A stretch of 63,911 bases of DNA from Chiloscyllium plagiosum (Eukaryota), in contig NW_025215379.1 of assembly GCF_004010195.1 (NCBI RefSeq), forward strand, positions 147,885 through 211,795. Reading direction: 5' to 3'. Position 1 is the stretch's first letter. Every line of letters starts with the position of its first letter. Both the position numbers and the translations under genes were made by a program. Below, one piece after another: positions 26,425-39,475 of the stretch. The notes below the pieces were generated by a model. The model had not been told where the DNA came from and did no database searches. It saw only the letters and a list, made by a program, of their open reading frames with translations.

Positions 26425-27390
26425 ATTCATCATGAGGGATGGGCATCGCTAGCTGAGCCAGCTTTTATTACCCATTCCTTGTCACCCTTGAGCAAATGAC
26501 GCTGAGCTGCCATCTTGAATCAGTACAGTCCATTTGGTTTAGGTAGGCACAATTCTGTTCAGGTTCTTGGTTCAGTAATACTGATCAAACAGTGATACAT
26601 TTCCAAGTCAGGACGGTGAGTGGCTTGGAGATGAGTTTGTAGGTGATGGTGCTCTCATGCATCGGCTGCCATTTTCCTTCTAGATGGGAGGGGTCATGAA
26701 TTTGGAAGGTGTTTTCTAAGGATCCTACAGTACTTCTTGTAGATGGCATCTATAGTACTTCTTGTAGATCCTACATCTACAGTACTTCTTGTAGATGGCA
26801 CACACTGTTGCACCGATGCATTGGTAGGAGATGGTCAAAACGTTTGTGGTTAAAGAGCCACTTTATGGAATTGCTTTGTCCTGGATAATGTCAAGTTTCT
26901 TGAGTGTTGCTGGAGCTGCGCTCATCTTGGCAAGTGGGGAATATTCCATTGCATTGCTGTCTTGAGACTTGTAAATGGTGCATAGACTTTGAGGAGTCAG
27001 GAGGTGAGATTGTTGTTTCAGAATTCCTAGCCTCTGATCTGCTCTTGTAGCCAAAGTATTTATATGATTAGTCTAGTTCAGTTTTTAGCCAATGATTACC
27101 CCCAAAATGTTGATCATGTACAATTCAATGATAGCAATGACATTGAATATGAAAGGCTGATGTTTAAATTCTGTTTTGTTGGAGATGGTCATAGCCTGGG
27201 ACACGTGAGGTCCGGACTTTACTTGCCACTTTTCAGCCCAAACCTAGATATTGTCCAGGTCTTTTGTATTTGGACAAGGATTGAATTGATTTCTGAAGCA
27301 TTGTGAATGGTACTGAACATCATCAGTGAATATCTCCACCTCATTCATTTAAATGGAAGGGAGGTCCTTGATGAAGCAGCTGAAGATGCT
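26425..27390 (-). mobile_element. LINE 3' part (family of 35790-39310); continues at ~31050-31190 beyond the nested CR1
   Basis: TIYKSQDSNAMEYSPLAKMSAAPATLKKLDIIQDKA. Confidence 0.75.
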
Positions 27391-27419
27391 AATGTGGCCG
27401 AATTATCTACATTGGCAGG

Positions 27420-29630
27420 CACTGTCTAAGCAATGAGGCTGGCTCTGACATCTGTCTTAAGTCTATCACCCCTCAATTTGTAGCTATCTGTGTACATGGA
27501 CTCCAAGATCTCCCTGCATATCCACACTACTAAGAATCTTTCCATTGACCCAATATTCTGCCTTCCTGTTATTCTTCCCAAAGTGAATCACTTCACATTG
27601 AACTCCATTTGCCACCTCTCAGCAGTGTATCCAAGTCCCCCTGCAACCTGCAACATTCTTCCACACTGTCCAATATTCCACTGATTTTAGTGTCATCTGC
27701 AAACTTACTAACCCATCCACCTATGCCTGCGTCTAAGTCATTTATAAAAATAACAAACAGTAGTGGTCCCAAAACAGATCCTTGTGGCACACCACTAGTA
27801 ACTGGTCTCCAAGCTGAAGATTTTCCATCAACCACCACTCGCTACCTTCTTACAGAAAGCTAGTTTCTAATCCAAACTGCTAAGTCACCCTCAATCCCAT
27901 GCCTCTGCGTTTTCTCCAACAGCCTACCATGTGAAACCTAATCAAAGACTGTACTGAAGTCCATGTACACCATGTCAACTGCCCTACCCTCATCCACATG
28001 TTTGATCACCTTCTCTAAAAACTCAATATGGTTTGTTAGACATGACCTGCCCTTGATGAAACCATGTTGATCATCTGCAATCAAATTTTTGCTTGCTAGA
28101 TGATGATAAATCCTTTCTCTTGTAATCCTTTCCAAAACCTTTTCTACAACAGACGTAGGGCTCACTGGTCTATAATTACCTGGGTCATCTCTACTGTCCT
28201 TCTTGAATAAGGGCACAACATTTGCAATCCTCCAGTCCTCTGGTACTAAACCTGTAGACAATGACAACTCAAAGATCAAAGCCAAAGGCTCCAACACCTC
28301 ATCCCTAGCTTCCCAGAGAATCCTTGGATAAATCCCATCCGGCTCAGGGAACTTGTCTACTTACACACCTTTGAGAATTGATAATATCTCTTCCTTACTA
28401 ACTTGATCCTTTCTAGTCTAATATCTTGTACCTCTTTCTTCTCCTCTACAATATTCTCCTTTTCCTGAGTGAAAACCAATGATAAATATTCATTTAGCAC
28501 ATCTACGATCTCCACAGGGTCCACACACAACTTCCCACTTCTGTCTTTGATTGGCCCTATTCCTACCTTCGTTATCCTTTTATTCCTCACATACCGAAAG
28601 AAAGCTTTAGGGTTCTCCTTTATTCTCCCTGCTAAAGACTGCTCATGTCCTCTCTTTGTTCTTCTTAACTCTCTCTTTAAATCCTTCCTAGCTAATCTGT
28701 AACCCTCCATCGCCTCATCTGAACCATCTCATCTCATCATCACATAAGCCTCCTTCTTCTACTTAACAAGAGATGTCTCCCTTACCTTATCACTTCCTCC
28801 CTGCCTGACAGAGACATACCTATCAAGGACATGCAATATCTCTTCCTTAAACCAGCTCCATATTTCGATTGCCCATCCCCTGCATTTTGTAAAGCTATTC
28901 AATGCATCTTAAGTCTTGCCTAATCGCATTATAATTGCCTTTCCCCCACCAATAACTCTTGCCCTGTGACATGTGCCTATCCCTTTCCATCGCTAAACTA
29001 TATGTAACCGAATTATGGTCACTCTCTCCAAAATGCTCACCTACCACTAAATCAAACACCTGGCCTGGTTCATTGCCAAGCACCAGATCCAGTGTGGCCT
29101 CCCCGCTTGTCGGCCCTTCGACATACTGTGTCAGGAAATCCTCCTCCACGCTTTGGACAAAAACTGATCCATCAAATGTACTAGAGTTATCGCATTTCCA
29201 GTCAATGTTGGGGAAGTTAAAGACCCCATAATGACCACCTTATTCCTTTCACTCCTACCCAGAATTGTTTTGCCAATCCTCTCCTCCACATCCCTGGAAC
29301 TCTGCAGAGGCCTATAAAAAACTCCCAGCAGTGTGACCTCTCCTCTTCTGCTTCTAACTTCAGCCCATACTCCCCCAGTAGACAAGTTCTCATCAAAAGT
29401 TCTCTCAGCCACCGTTATACTGTCCTTGACTAACAAGGTCCTCCCCCACTTTTACCGCCTTCCCTGTTCTTAATGAAAGATCTAAACCCTGGAACCTGCA
29501 ACATCCATGTCTCCGAAATGGCCACAACATCGAAGTCCCAGGTACCTATCCACTCTGCAAGCTCACCTACCTTACTTTGGATACTTCTGGTGTTGAAGTA
29601 GACACACTTCAAACCAGCTTGTGTCTGCGA
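27420..29630 (-). pseudogene. CR1 ORF2 (APE plus reverse transcriptase), fragmented
   Basis: [66 protein letters not shown]. Confidence 0.93.
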
Positions 29631-29731
29631 ACACATTCCTGTGGCCATGAAATCCTGAAATCTGGTCCTCTCTACTCTCATCCTGTGTATTGGAACTACA
29701 ACACAGGTTCCCATCTCCCTGCTGAGCTATT

Positions 29732-30650
29732 TTAAACCCACCCGAATAGCACCAGCAAATTTCCCAGGATATTAGTACCCCTCTGGTTTAAATGAAGATT
29801 GTTCTGTTTGTAGAGGTCCCACCTTCCCAAAAATGAGCCCCAATTATCCATGCACCTGAAACCCTCCCTCCTGCACCATCCCTGCAGCCACATGTTCAGC
29901 TTATATCTCTCCCTATTCCTTGCCTCACTATCATGTGGCACGGGTAACAAACCAGAGATAACAAATCTGTTTGTTCTAGCTCCCAGTTTCCACCCTAGCT
30001 CCCTGAAATCCTACCTTACATCCCTGCCTATCCCTCTTTCTACCTATGTTGTTGGTACCTACATGGACGATGACTTGGGGGCGGTCACCCTCTCCCTTCA
30101 GGACCCCAAAGACACAATCTGGGAAATCACGGACCTTGGCACCTGGGAGGCAACGCACCAACCGTGAGTGTCGTTCGTTCCCAACAAACCTTCTATCTGA
30201 CCCTTTAACTATTGAGTCCCAATGACTAACACTCTCCTCCTTTCCCTCCTTCCCTTCTGTGCAACAGGGACAGACTCTGTGCCAGAGTCCTGCACCCCAC
30301 TGCATGCCCCTAGTAAGTCATTCTCCGCCCAACAGTATTCAAAGTGATATACCTGTTTTTCAGGGGAACGACTACAGGGAATCCCTGCATCGACTGTTTC
30401 TTCCCCCTTTGAACAGTTATCCTGCTTTCTTCATGCCTAGGAGTAACTGCTTCCCTGTAACTCTTATCTATCACAGTCTCTGCATCCCGAATGATCTGAA
30501 GTTCATCCAGCTCACATTCCAGTTCCCTAATATGGTCTTTAAGGTGCAAGAGTTGGGTGAACTTCATGCAGATGTACTTAGATGGGACACTAATGGTGTC
30601 CTTCACCTCAAATATCATGCAGGAGGAACATTCCTGTCCCTGCACTACCA
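29732..30650 (-). pseudogene. CR1 ORF1 (Zn-finger/coiled coil plus SGNH esterase), fragmented
   Basis: CSSC...YICMK; DSIVKG, CLPGAKVRD, VIVHVGTNN, NNLHLNQRG. Confidence 0.88.
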
Positions 30651-31194
30651 TCCCTGCTAGTCCCCTTATCAGAATGTAAAAAAGAGAAGCTTTAAGGTTA
30701 GAGAAGGTGGTTGGGTGGGAGGCCCTACAAAAGTAGGATCTTGGGTTTAGAAAACACTCACTTATATAGCTGGAGGGAAATAAAAAAAGTCCCTCCTTTC
30801 TCAAAATCCTCTGCTCTTGCATGTCAGATGTACAGATTCAAATCAGTGACTCACCGCTCCCGACAGGCCTCTGGTCCAAGCTCCTGCCCTTCTTGCTGCT
30901 GCTGCTGAAAAACAGAAATTGATGACTCCCACGTTTGAGGTAAATTTTTAATGACTCAAATCAGTGACTCACCACTTCCAACTGGCCCCTGGTCCAAGCT
31001 CCTGCCCTTGGCGCTGCTGCTGCTGCTGCAGCTGACAAACAGAAATTCACACCCTGACGAATTCCTGGAGAAATGTCCTGGACTTGAGATGATTGATGTC
31101 CAATTGCCACAACCATTTTCCTATGTGCCAGGCTGGACTCCAACCAGCAGATTGTTTCTTCTGATTCCCATTAACTCCAGTTTGTCATGAGTAT

Positions 31195-32345
31195 TTGGAA
31201 AAATTCATCAGTTTTGCTTTCAACTTACATCCTTCATCTGGTCCACCTCTGACTCTTCGCTTTTCTTTCTTGATTTCACCACTTCCATTTCTGGGTGTAA
31301 GACATCCATCAATAGTCATTACAAATCCAACAATTCCAACAGTTGCCTTGACTACATTTCTTCACATCCTGCTTCCTGTGAGAATTCCATTCCATTCTCC
31401 CAGTTTGTCCATCTCTATCAGATCTGTTCCAATTATTCCACTCATTGTTCCAATTATTTCACTCATGTCCTCTATTTTTCCTCAAACAAGGACTCTTCCC
31501 CAATATGGCTGACAGGGCCCTCTACATTGTCCAACCCATCTCCAGTGCTTTTGTCCTCACCCTTTCCCCTTCTTCCCAAAACAATGATAGAGTACCTCTT
31601 GTGTTCACTTTCCTGCCCTCTTCATCTTCTTCCTTGCCATTTCTGCCACCTCCAGCAGGATACCACCATATGCAATTGGACAAGGTGTAACACACTTCCC
31701 CATTTACTTCCTCCTTCCTCACTGTCCAAGGACCCAAACATGCGTTCCAGGTGAACCGATGTTTTATTTGTATTTATTTCAATTTAGTCTACTGTATTTG
31801 TTGCTGACAATGTGGTTTCCTTATATTAAAGAAACCAAATGCAAACTGAGTGACTGCTTTGTGGAACACCTCCACTGTGCCCATGGGAATGACTTCAACC
31901 TTCCAATCACTTACCACATCAATAAACTACCTTGGTCCCATACTAATATTCCCATCCTGGTCCTGCTGTAGTGATCCAGTGGACCTCAATGAAAGTTGGA
32001 GGAACAATGCTTCATTTTCAATTGAGGGACTATGCAGACTTTAAGGCTCAATATTGAGTTTCACAACTTCAAGCAAGTTGTTCATATCTTGTTGAATTTG
32101 CTCTCAGCAGAGTGGACCCATTTTCTCCTTTTTATACCTTAACTTGCACCATTAGTACTGTATTTTTTTTTATCTGGCTCCTATCCCTGTGCCAACAGCA
32201 TAAAAGCCACCATTTTCCAGCCACTTTTAGTGCTGAAGCAGTTAAATCAGACTCTTTGTTTCTTTCTGCTACTAAACAAAGTGAATTTCTCCAGCACATT
32301 CTGTTTCTTCTTCAGATTTCCAGCATTTGTAGTATTTTGCTTTGA
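31195..32345 (+). mobile_element. Decayed Neptune-type PLE (RT C-terminus, GIY-YIG, terminus)
   Basis: SIPFSQF, NNDRVPLVFTF, YIKETKCKLSDCFVEHL. Confidence 0.8.
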
Positions 32346-32356
32346 TTTGGATGGTT

Positions 32357-33660
32357 GTAAGTTAGGTATGCTTTGACACAGCTTTTGTTGACCTGAGCAC
32401 ATTTTTCAACAGAATTCTGTGCATCTCTGATTTCCTGAATTGTTCCTGGTAGAATTTGGTTGTTATCCACTTTTTAAGCAAAAACACACTTCCTTTGCAG
32501 GTCTTGGTAGAGGTTTATGGGACAAAATATCTGCTGTGATCTGTTTTCTTTTCCTGTCAGCTACTCTGTGCATTAAATGACTGTACTCATGGGGACTTTC
32601 TTTTTCTCACTTCTTAGAAATTCAAATATCTCTCTCGGGGTTTCTCATCTGCCTGTATCTTGAAGTGAAGACCAAGAAAAATTTTCTCAAACCCATGTAT
32701 CAGCTAGCTTTCTCTATCTATCACTGCATATTTCTGTTGAATCTCTGTCAGTGACCAAATAGCACAATAAATGTCCATCTCTCTGTATCTGAAAGAGTAC
32801 AGCTGCTAGTCCTGTAGAAGATGCACCTGCAACAATAATAGAAAGTAGCTCTAGGTCATAGTGAGTGAAAGTACTAAGAAATAAAGTATAAACTAATAAT
32901 CTTTAAAAATATTCAGTCATCTGATTCTAACAATGGGGACTTCCATGGACTGAAAGATTTAAAAAAGTGACCAAAAACAACAACCAAAAATGGCCCCAAG
33001 CATCACCTAATCACATACAGGCCAAGTTTCAGGACAGAAATGTTGATTAGACAACCAACAGTTGAACTGAAAATAACATTTTATGTAAAGGTAATAAAAC
33101 CAGTCATGGAGATGTGAAAAGACCCTGCTCTCCTATTTTGATTTATACCTTTGATGAGAATACTCATAAGTTGGTATGGAATCTCAACTACTGCAGGTAA
33201 GGAATATACCAGCAAGTTGCTTTTGCTCAAGAAGAAAAATGCCTAGTGACAGTATTGATTGGAAAGAAGCATCAGGGTCTCAATAACCGTAAGGATAACT
33301 GCAAAATTGTATACTACTGGTGGTCTGATATCAACTAATCAATTGTGGTCAGAGGTTAAACTCTTATATCTCAAGGACACCCAAGAGATTGTAAACTGTA
33401 TATTATTTTGATTTTATCTACCTTTTGCAATGGAGTGTGTGTGTGTGTCCATCTATCTGTCTGTGTGTGAGAGAGAGAGCAAGATAGAGGATGCCTGATG
33501 ACTGTATGCTTGACTACATGTGTTTATTATTTTCCACAGGACAGGTAACTGCATTTTAATTGGGGAAGGTATAGCCACATGCTAAAATGAGCATACTGTG
33601 GCCAAGTAGGGAGATTAAAAAGAGGGCAGCAGGTTCATGCCTCTTCACCTGGTTGTAACA
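32357..33660 (+). mobile_element. Possible solo LTR
   Basis: Starts TGTAA and ends CACCTGGTTGTAACA; no TSD found. Confidence 0.3.
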
Positions 33661-33679
33661 GCATAAGATCAGCATCAGA

Positions 33680-35775
33680 CCATGAGATGCACATACAGAA
33701 GCAAGCCATTCAGCACATCAGGTCAGCTTCACCATTCATTGAGATCATGACTGATCTCATAATTCTCAACTGCACTTTCTTGTCTTTTCCCCATACCACT
33801 TGATTTCCTTACTAAGTAAATACCTTATATAGTCGAGTAAAAGTCGAATGTTTTAGACTATTTTTAAAGGGTCAATTTATAGGGTAGACTATTACACGGA
33901 TACTAGTTTTGAAGATCGGAAATTCATGCTGCAGTTTGAACTACCGTACTATTAGCAGAGATCAATTTGATCACTCAACTACTCCTGGGTAAAGAAGAAA
34001 AACACAATGAATTACGGTAAAGGTAATTACCAGATAAAAGCAAGAGAAACGCGAATGAATTACTGGGACTACATTTTATTTATACATACCGGTACGAAAA
34101 TTTAACATGTCAAAGATTCATTGAAAACCTGCAAAATCACACTGTTCAACATTGTCCTGGCCTGGTATAATGGCACACTTAAAATGAAACATTTATTAAA
34201 TTCTGAATATGTAAGTGTCTTGAACTTTCCTGCCAAATTCTTCCATTTCCATCCCATTTACGCTTGTATGTTATGAACCTTGGCAACACTAACCAACTTG
34301 TCAAAGAATTAAAGATATATTTAGCTAATATATCTCACTTTTATTCAGGTATAATGGCACAATTAAAATGATTAACTTTTTAACGATATTAACTTTTGGA
34401 TGTTATAGTGAACAAAGTGCAATAAATACTTATAGACTTTGGACTAGTCTGAATGAATGAATGAATGAATGAAAATGAGCTGTAGTAAACAAAGTGGGCT
34501 AAGTAGAGTTATAAATGAATGAATGAGTGAATGAATAGAGACGCAATATAGTAAACAATGAGTGCTGAGTAGAGTTACCAGTATGAATGAATGAATGAAT
34601 GTGATTTCATCTAAGTGGGCTAATGGGAACATGCAATTTCCTTTGTGAGAGGTTTATAATGAGGTATTGTAGGGTCAACATTTACATGAGATATGTGGAA
34701 AATACAAGATTTTTTGGCCAAAAATAAGGGGTCAACTTTTACATGTGATCAACTTTTCCACAAGTATACACGGGACAGTTCCATTACAACCTTGAATATA
34801 CTTAACAACCCAGCCTTGATAGCCTCTGCACTAAAAAATTCCTCAGACTCACTACTCCCTGAGAACAGAAATTCCTCCTCATCTCTATTTCAAATGGGCA
34901 ACTCTCGTACTCTGAGATTACACCCTCTGATCCTAAATTCTACAATCTACCTTGTCCAGTGCCCAAAGAACCTTATATGTTTCAATAGATTGCCTTTCAC
35001 TCTTCAAAACTCCAATGAGTACTAGCACAGCCAACTACTCAACAGTCCCTCATAAGACAGGCCCTATAAACCCAAGATCAGTCTGGTGAACCTTCTCTGA
35101 ACTGCCTCCAATATCAGCATATTAGGAGCCCAAAACTGTTCACACTATTTCAGCTGTGGCATGCCCAGTGACTTATACAGTTTAGCAAAATCTCTCTACT
35201 TTTATATTCCATTCCATTTGAAATGAAGGCAAAAATTCCATTTACCTTCCCGATTATTCATTAGACTTGGATGCTAGTTATGTATGATTCAGTTTTTTTA
35301 AATAATATTCATCTTCTGTATTTTTCCTATCAAAACTGCACAATCTCACACTTTCCCACATTATATTTCATCTACCAAGTTCTTTTCATCCATTCCTCAC
35401 TTGTCTTCCCACGTATATTTGCATCATCCACAAACTTCCATCACTTAGCCAATTCATATTAAATGCTATCTCCAAAATCAGTGGTTCTTGTCTTTTTAAC
35501 TATCTTAACAAATGGTACCGTATCGTATGTCTTCAGAAAATCCAAAGATATTGCATCCATTGTTTCCCCTTTATCTATTCTTTTTGTTACCTCCTCAAAG
35601 AATTCCAGTAACTTGTCAGGCACAATTTCCCTTCATGAAGTTGTGCTGATTCTTCTTGATCATGTTATATATTTCGAAATGGTCTGCTATTACATTCTTT
35701 ATAATAGACTCTAATATAATCGCAATAAGAGATGTTAAGCTAACAAGCCCACAGATACCTGTACTTTTCTCCTTT
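33680..35775 (-). mobile_element. Decayed CR1 3' part; continues at ~39310-42260 around nested elements
   Basis: 3'UTR plus RT relics (FFEEVTKRIDKG, DFLKTYDTVP). Confidence 0.7.
33823..34773. mobile_element. Non-autonomous Tc1/mariner-superfamily (Tc2/pogo-like) DNA transposon
   Basis: TA|CCTTATATAGTCGAGTAAAAGTCGA ... TCAACTTTTCCACAAGTATACACGG (18/25 inverted match). Cleanly splits a CR1 3'UTR. Confidence 0.65.
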
Positions 35776-37320
35776 CTTTTCTTTTATTTAATTGTGGGCA
35801 ACGCTGGCTGATCAGCATTTATTGCCCGTCCCTAGTTGCCCTTGATAAGGTAGTGGTGAGCTGCCTTCTTGAACCACTGCAGTCCACCTGCTGTGGGTTG
35901 ACCCACAGTGATGTAACTAGGGAATTCCATGATTTTGACCCAGCGACAGTGAAGGAACTGTGATATATTTCCAGGTCAGGATGGTGAGTGGCTTGGAGGG
36001 GAACTTGGTGGTGTTCCAATGTTTCTCTGCCATTTTCCTTCAAGATAGAAGTGGTCATGGGTTTGGAAGATGTTGTCTTGTATCTTTGGTGAATGTTTGC
36101 AGTGCATATTGTAGAGAGTACACAATGCTGATTGTAGATAGTACACACTGAGCAGTGGAGGTGGAGAGAGTGGATGTTTGTGGATATGGTGCCAAGCAAG
36201 CGGGCTACTTTATTCTGGATGATGTCAGGCTTCTTGAGTGTTGGTGGAGCTGCACCTATCCAGACAAGTGGGGAGTATTCCATCACATTCCTGACTTGTG
36301 CCTTGTGGTTGATGGACAGGCACTGGGGAACGAGAAGGTGAGTTACTCACTGCAGTGTTCCTAGTCTCGGACCTGTTCTTGCAGCTATTATGTCTATGTA
36401 GTGCGTCCAATTGAGTTTCTGGTCAATGATAATTCCAGGATGTTGGGGTTTGGTGATGATAACACCATTGAATGTCAAGGGATAGTGGCTGGATTATCAC
36501 TTGTTGGAAATGGCCAGAGCCTAGCATTTGTATGGTGTGAATGTTACTTGTTAGTTGTCAACCCAAGCCCAAATATTGTCCAGATCTCATTACATTTGAA
36601 CATGGACTGCTTCAGTATCTGAAGAGTCACAAATGGAGCATTGTGCAATCATTAGTGAACATCCCCACTCTGACTTTATGATAGAGGGATGTTCATTGAC
36701 GAAGCAGCTGAAGATGGTTGGGCTGAGGAGATTATCCTGAGGAAGTCCTGCAGAGATGTCCTGTAGCTGAGTTGACTGACCTCCAACAACCACAATCATC
36801 TTCCTATATGCCAAGTATGGATACAACCAGCAGAGAGTCTGCCCCCTTGGTCAAATGCAGCCTTGATATCAAGGGCTGAGACTCTCACCTTCAACTCTGG
36901 AATTCAGCTCTTTTCTCGATGTTTGAACCAAGGCTGTAAAGAGGTCAGGAGCTAAGTGGCCCTGGCAGAACTCAGACAGGGCATCTCTGAGCGGGTTATT
37001 GCTGAGCAGGTGCTGCTTAATAGCCCTGTTGATGAAACAGGGTTGGATTAGTCCTGCTTTTTATGTCTAGGGCACACCTGGATAATTTTCCACGTTGTTG
37101 AGCAGATGCCAGTGTTGGAAAAGCTTGGCCAAGGGAGTGGCAAGCTCTGAAACACAAGGCCTCAGTACTATTTCTGGAATGCTGTCAGGGCCCATAGCCT
37201 TTGTAGTGTGCAGCGTTTCCATTTGTTTCTTGATATCATGTGGAGTGAATCAAGTTGGCTGAACACTGGTATCAGTGATGCTGGAGACCACTGGAGGAAG
37301 CCAAGATGGAAGCCAAAATG

Positions 37321-37627
37321 TGCGGCATGGTGGCACAGTGGTTAGCACTGCTGCCTCACAGCGCCAGAGATCCGGGTTCAATTCCCGCCTCAGGCGACTG
37401 ACTGTGTAGAGTTTGCACGTTCTCCCCGTGTCTGCGTGGGTTTCCTCCGGGTGCTCCGGTTTCCTCCCACAGTCCAAAAAATGTGCAGGTCAGGTGAATT
37501 GGCCATGCTAAATTGCCCGTAGTGTAAGGTACGGGGTAAATGTAGGGGTATGGGTGGGTTGCACTTCGGCAGGTCAGTGTGGACTTGTTGGGCCGAAGGG
37601 CCTGTTTCCACACTGTAATGTAATCTA
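37321..37627 (+). mobile_element. HE1-type SINE, full length
   Basis: Near-identical to 785-1092. Confidence 0.92.
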
Positions 37628-38227
37628 AAAAACTTCGACTTGGCATTTTTGGCTGAAGATTGTTGCAAATGCCTTACCTTTTGCACTGAAGTACTGGGCT
37701 CTTCCATCATTAAGGTTGGGAATATTTGTTAAGTGTCCTCTTCTAGTGAATTGTTTAATTGTCCACCACAATTCATGACTGGATGTGGCAGGACTGCACA
37801 GTTTAGATCTGATCCATTGGTGTGGGATCACTTAGCTCAGACTATCACTTGCTGCTAATGCTGTTTGGCAGTCCTATTTGGTGGCTTCACCGGGTTGACG
37901 CATATTTTTGGGTATGCCTGGTGCTGCTCCTGGCATGCCCTCCTGCACTCTCCATTGAACCAGTGTTCTCTCCTGATTTGATAGTAATGGTTGAGTGGGG
38001 GTTATGCTGGGCCATGAGATTACAGATTGTGCTGGAATATAATTTTACTGCTGCTGAAAGCCCACAGAACCTCAAAGATGCCCAGTCTTGAGTTGTTAGA
38101 TCTGTTTGAGCTTAGTCCCAGTGATGGTGCCACACAATACAATGGAGGTTATTCTCAATGTGAAGGCGGGACTTAATCTCCACAAGGACTGTGCGATGGT
38201 CACTCTTACCGATACTGTCAGGGACAC

Positions 38228-38328
38228 ACACAAAATCAACAGTTGTTGGAAAATCTCAGCAAGTCTGGCAGCACCTGTGAAGAGAAATCAGAGTTAATGT
38301 TTTAGGTCTGGTGACCCTTCCTCAGAAT
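38228..38328 (-). mobile_element. Solo family D PLE terminus, HHR decayed
   Basis: Minus strand reads attCTGAGGAAGGGTCACCAGACCTAAAACATTaac; flanks repeat CTGTCA(G/T)GGACA. Confidence 0.65.
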
Positions 38329-39435
38329 ATCTGTCATGGACAGATTCATTTGCAGCCGGCAGATTGGTGAGGATGAGGCCAAGTATGTTTTTTCCCACTT
38401 GCTGGTTCCCTCACCACCTGCTGCAGACCCAGTCTAGCAGCTGTGTCCTTTAAAACCCGACCAACTTGATCAGTAGTGCTGCTGCTAAGCCACTCCTGGT
38501 GGTGGACATTGAAATCCCCCACTCCATCCTCAGTGCTTCCTCCAGGTGTTGTTCAACATGTAAGGTATACTCATTCATCAGCTGAGGGTGGATGATACGT
38601 GGTAATCAGCAGGAGGTTTTCTTGCCAATGTTTAACCTGAAGTCATGAGATATCACGGGGTCCAAAGCCAATGTTGAGAACTCTCAGGGCAACTTTCTCC
38701 AGACTGTATACCACTGTGATGTCACCTCTGCTGAATCTATCCTGCCAATGGGATAGGACATATGCAGGAATGGTGATGGTGGTGTCTGAGACATTGTTTG
38801 TAAGATATGATTCTGTGAGTAAGACTATGTTAGATTGTTCCTTGACTAGTCTGTGAGACAGCTATTCCAATTTTGGCACTAGCCTCCAGATGCTAGTAAG
38901 GAGGACCTTCCAGGGTCGACAGGGCTGTTTTTGTTGCCTAGGTCAATGCCAAATGGTCTGTCTGGTTTCATTTCTTCGAGGTTTTGTAGTGATTAACACA
39001 ACTGAGTAGTTTGCTAGGCTATTTCAGAGGGTAACTGAAAGTCAACCATATTGCTGTGGGTCTTGAGTCACATATAGGCCAGATCAGGTGAGGTTGGCAG
39101 ATTTCCATCTCTGAAGGACATTAGTGAACCAGATGGGTTGATCCAACAATCAACCATGGTTTGATGATCATCAATAGATTCTTAATTCCAGACTGTTTTG
39201 TAATTGAATTCGTCTGGCATGGTGGGCTTCAAACCTGGGAGCCGAAAACATTAGCTGAGTTTCTAGATTAATAGATTAACAATAGTACCACAAGATCATC
39301 GCCTCCCTGGCATTATTAAAATTATTTTTTAAAGTTGTTACATTGACAGTTTCCCAATACTGTAGAACTTATCAAAAATCTAAGGATTCTTGGAAGATTG
39401 TTGTGGTTCTGTTCACCGAGCTGGGAATTTGTGTT

Positions 39436-39475
39436 GCAGACATTTCGTCCCCTGTCTAGGTGACATCCTCAGTGC
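39436..39475 (-). ncRNA. Hammerhead motif in the PLE pseudo-LTR
   Basis: gca-CUGAGGA-U-GUCACC-UAGACA-GGGGAC-GAAA-UG-UC-ugc. Confidence 0.72.

Larger units (their letters stand above)
27420..31048 (-). mobile_element. Near full-length CR1 LINE (duplicated 5'UTR unit, ORF1, ORF2), inactive
   Basis: ORF1 Cys motif and esterase, then ORF2 EN and RT, in canonical order. Confidence 0.93.
35790..39310 (-). mobile_element. Near full-length LINE of a second CR1/L2-superclade family: tRNA-like head, EN and RT, no ORF1 seen
   Basis: EN relic (IVLLTESYL...LSHWQDR...GDITVVY) about 400 nt from the 5' end; RT relics AGLPQDNLLSPTIFSCFVNE and MEYSPLVW...IQNKVARLL. Confidence 0.8.

Noticed and set aside
33435..33480. 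(TG)n/(AG)n microsatellite
   Set aside because: Ordinary short simple repeat.
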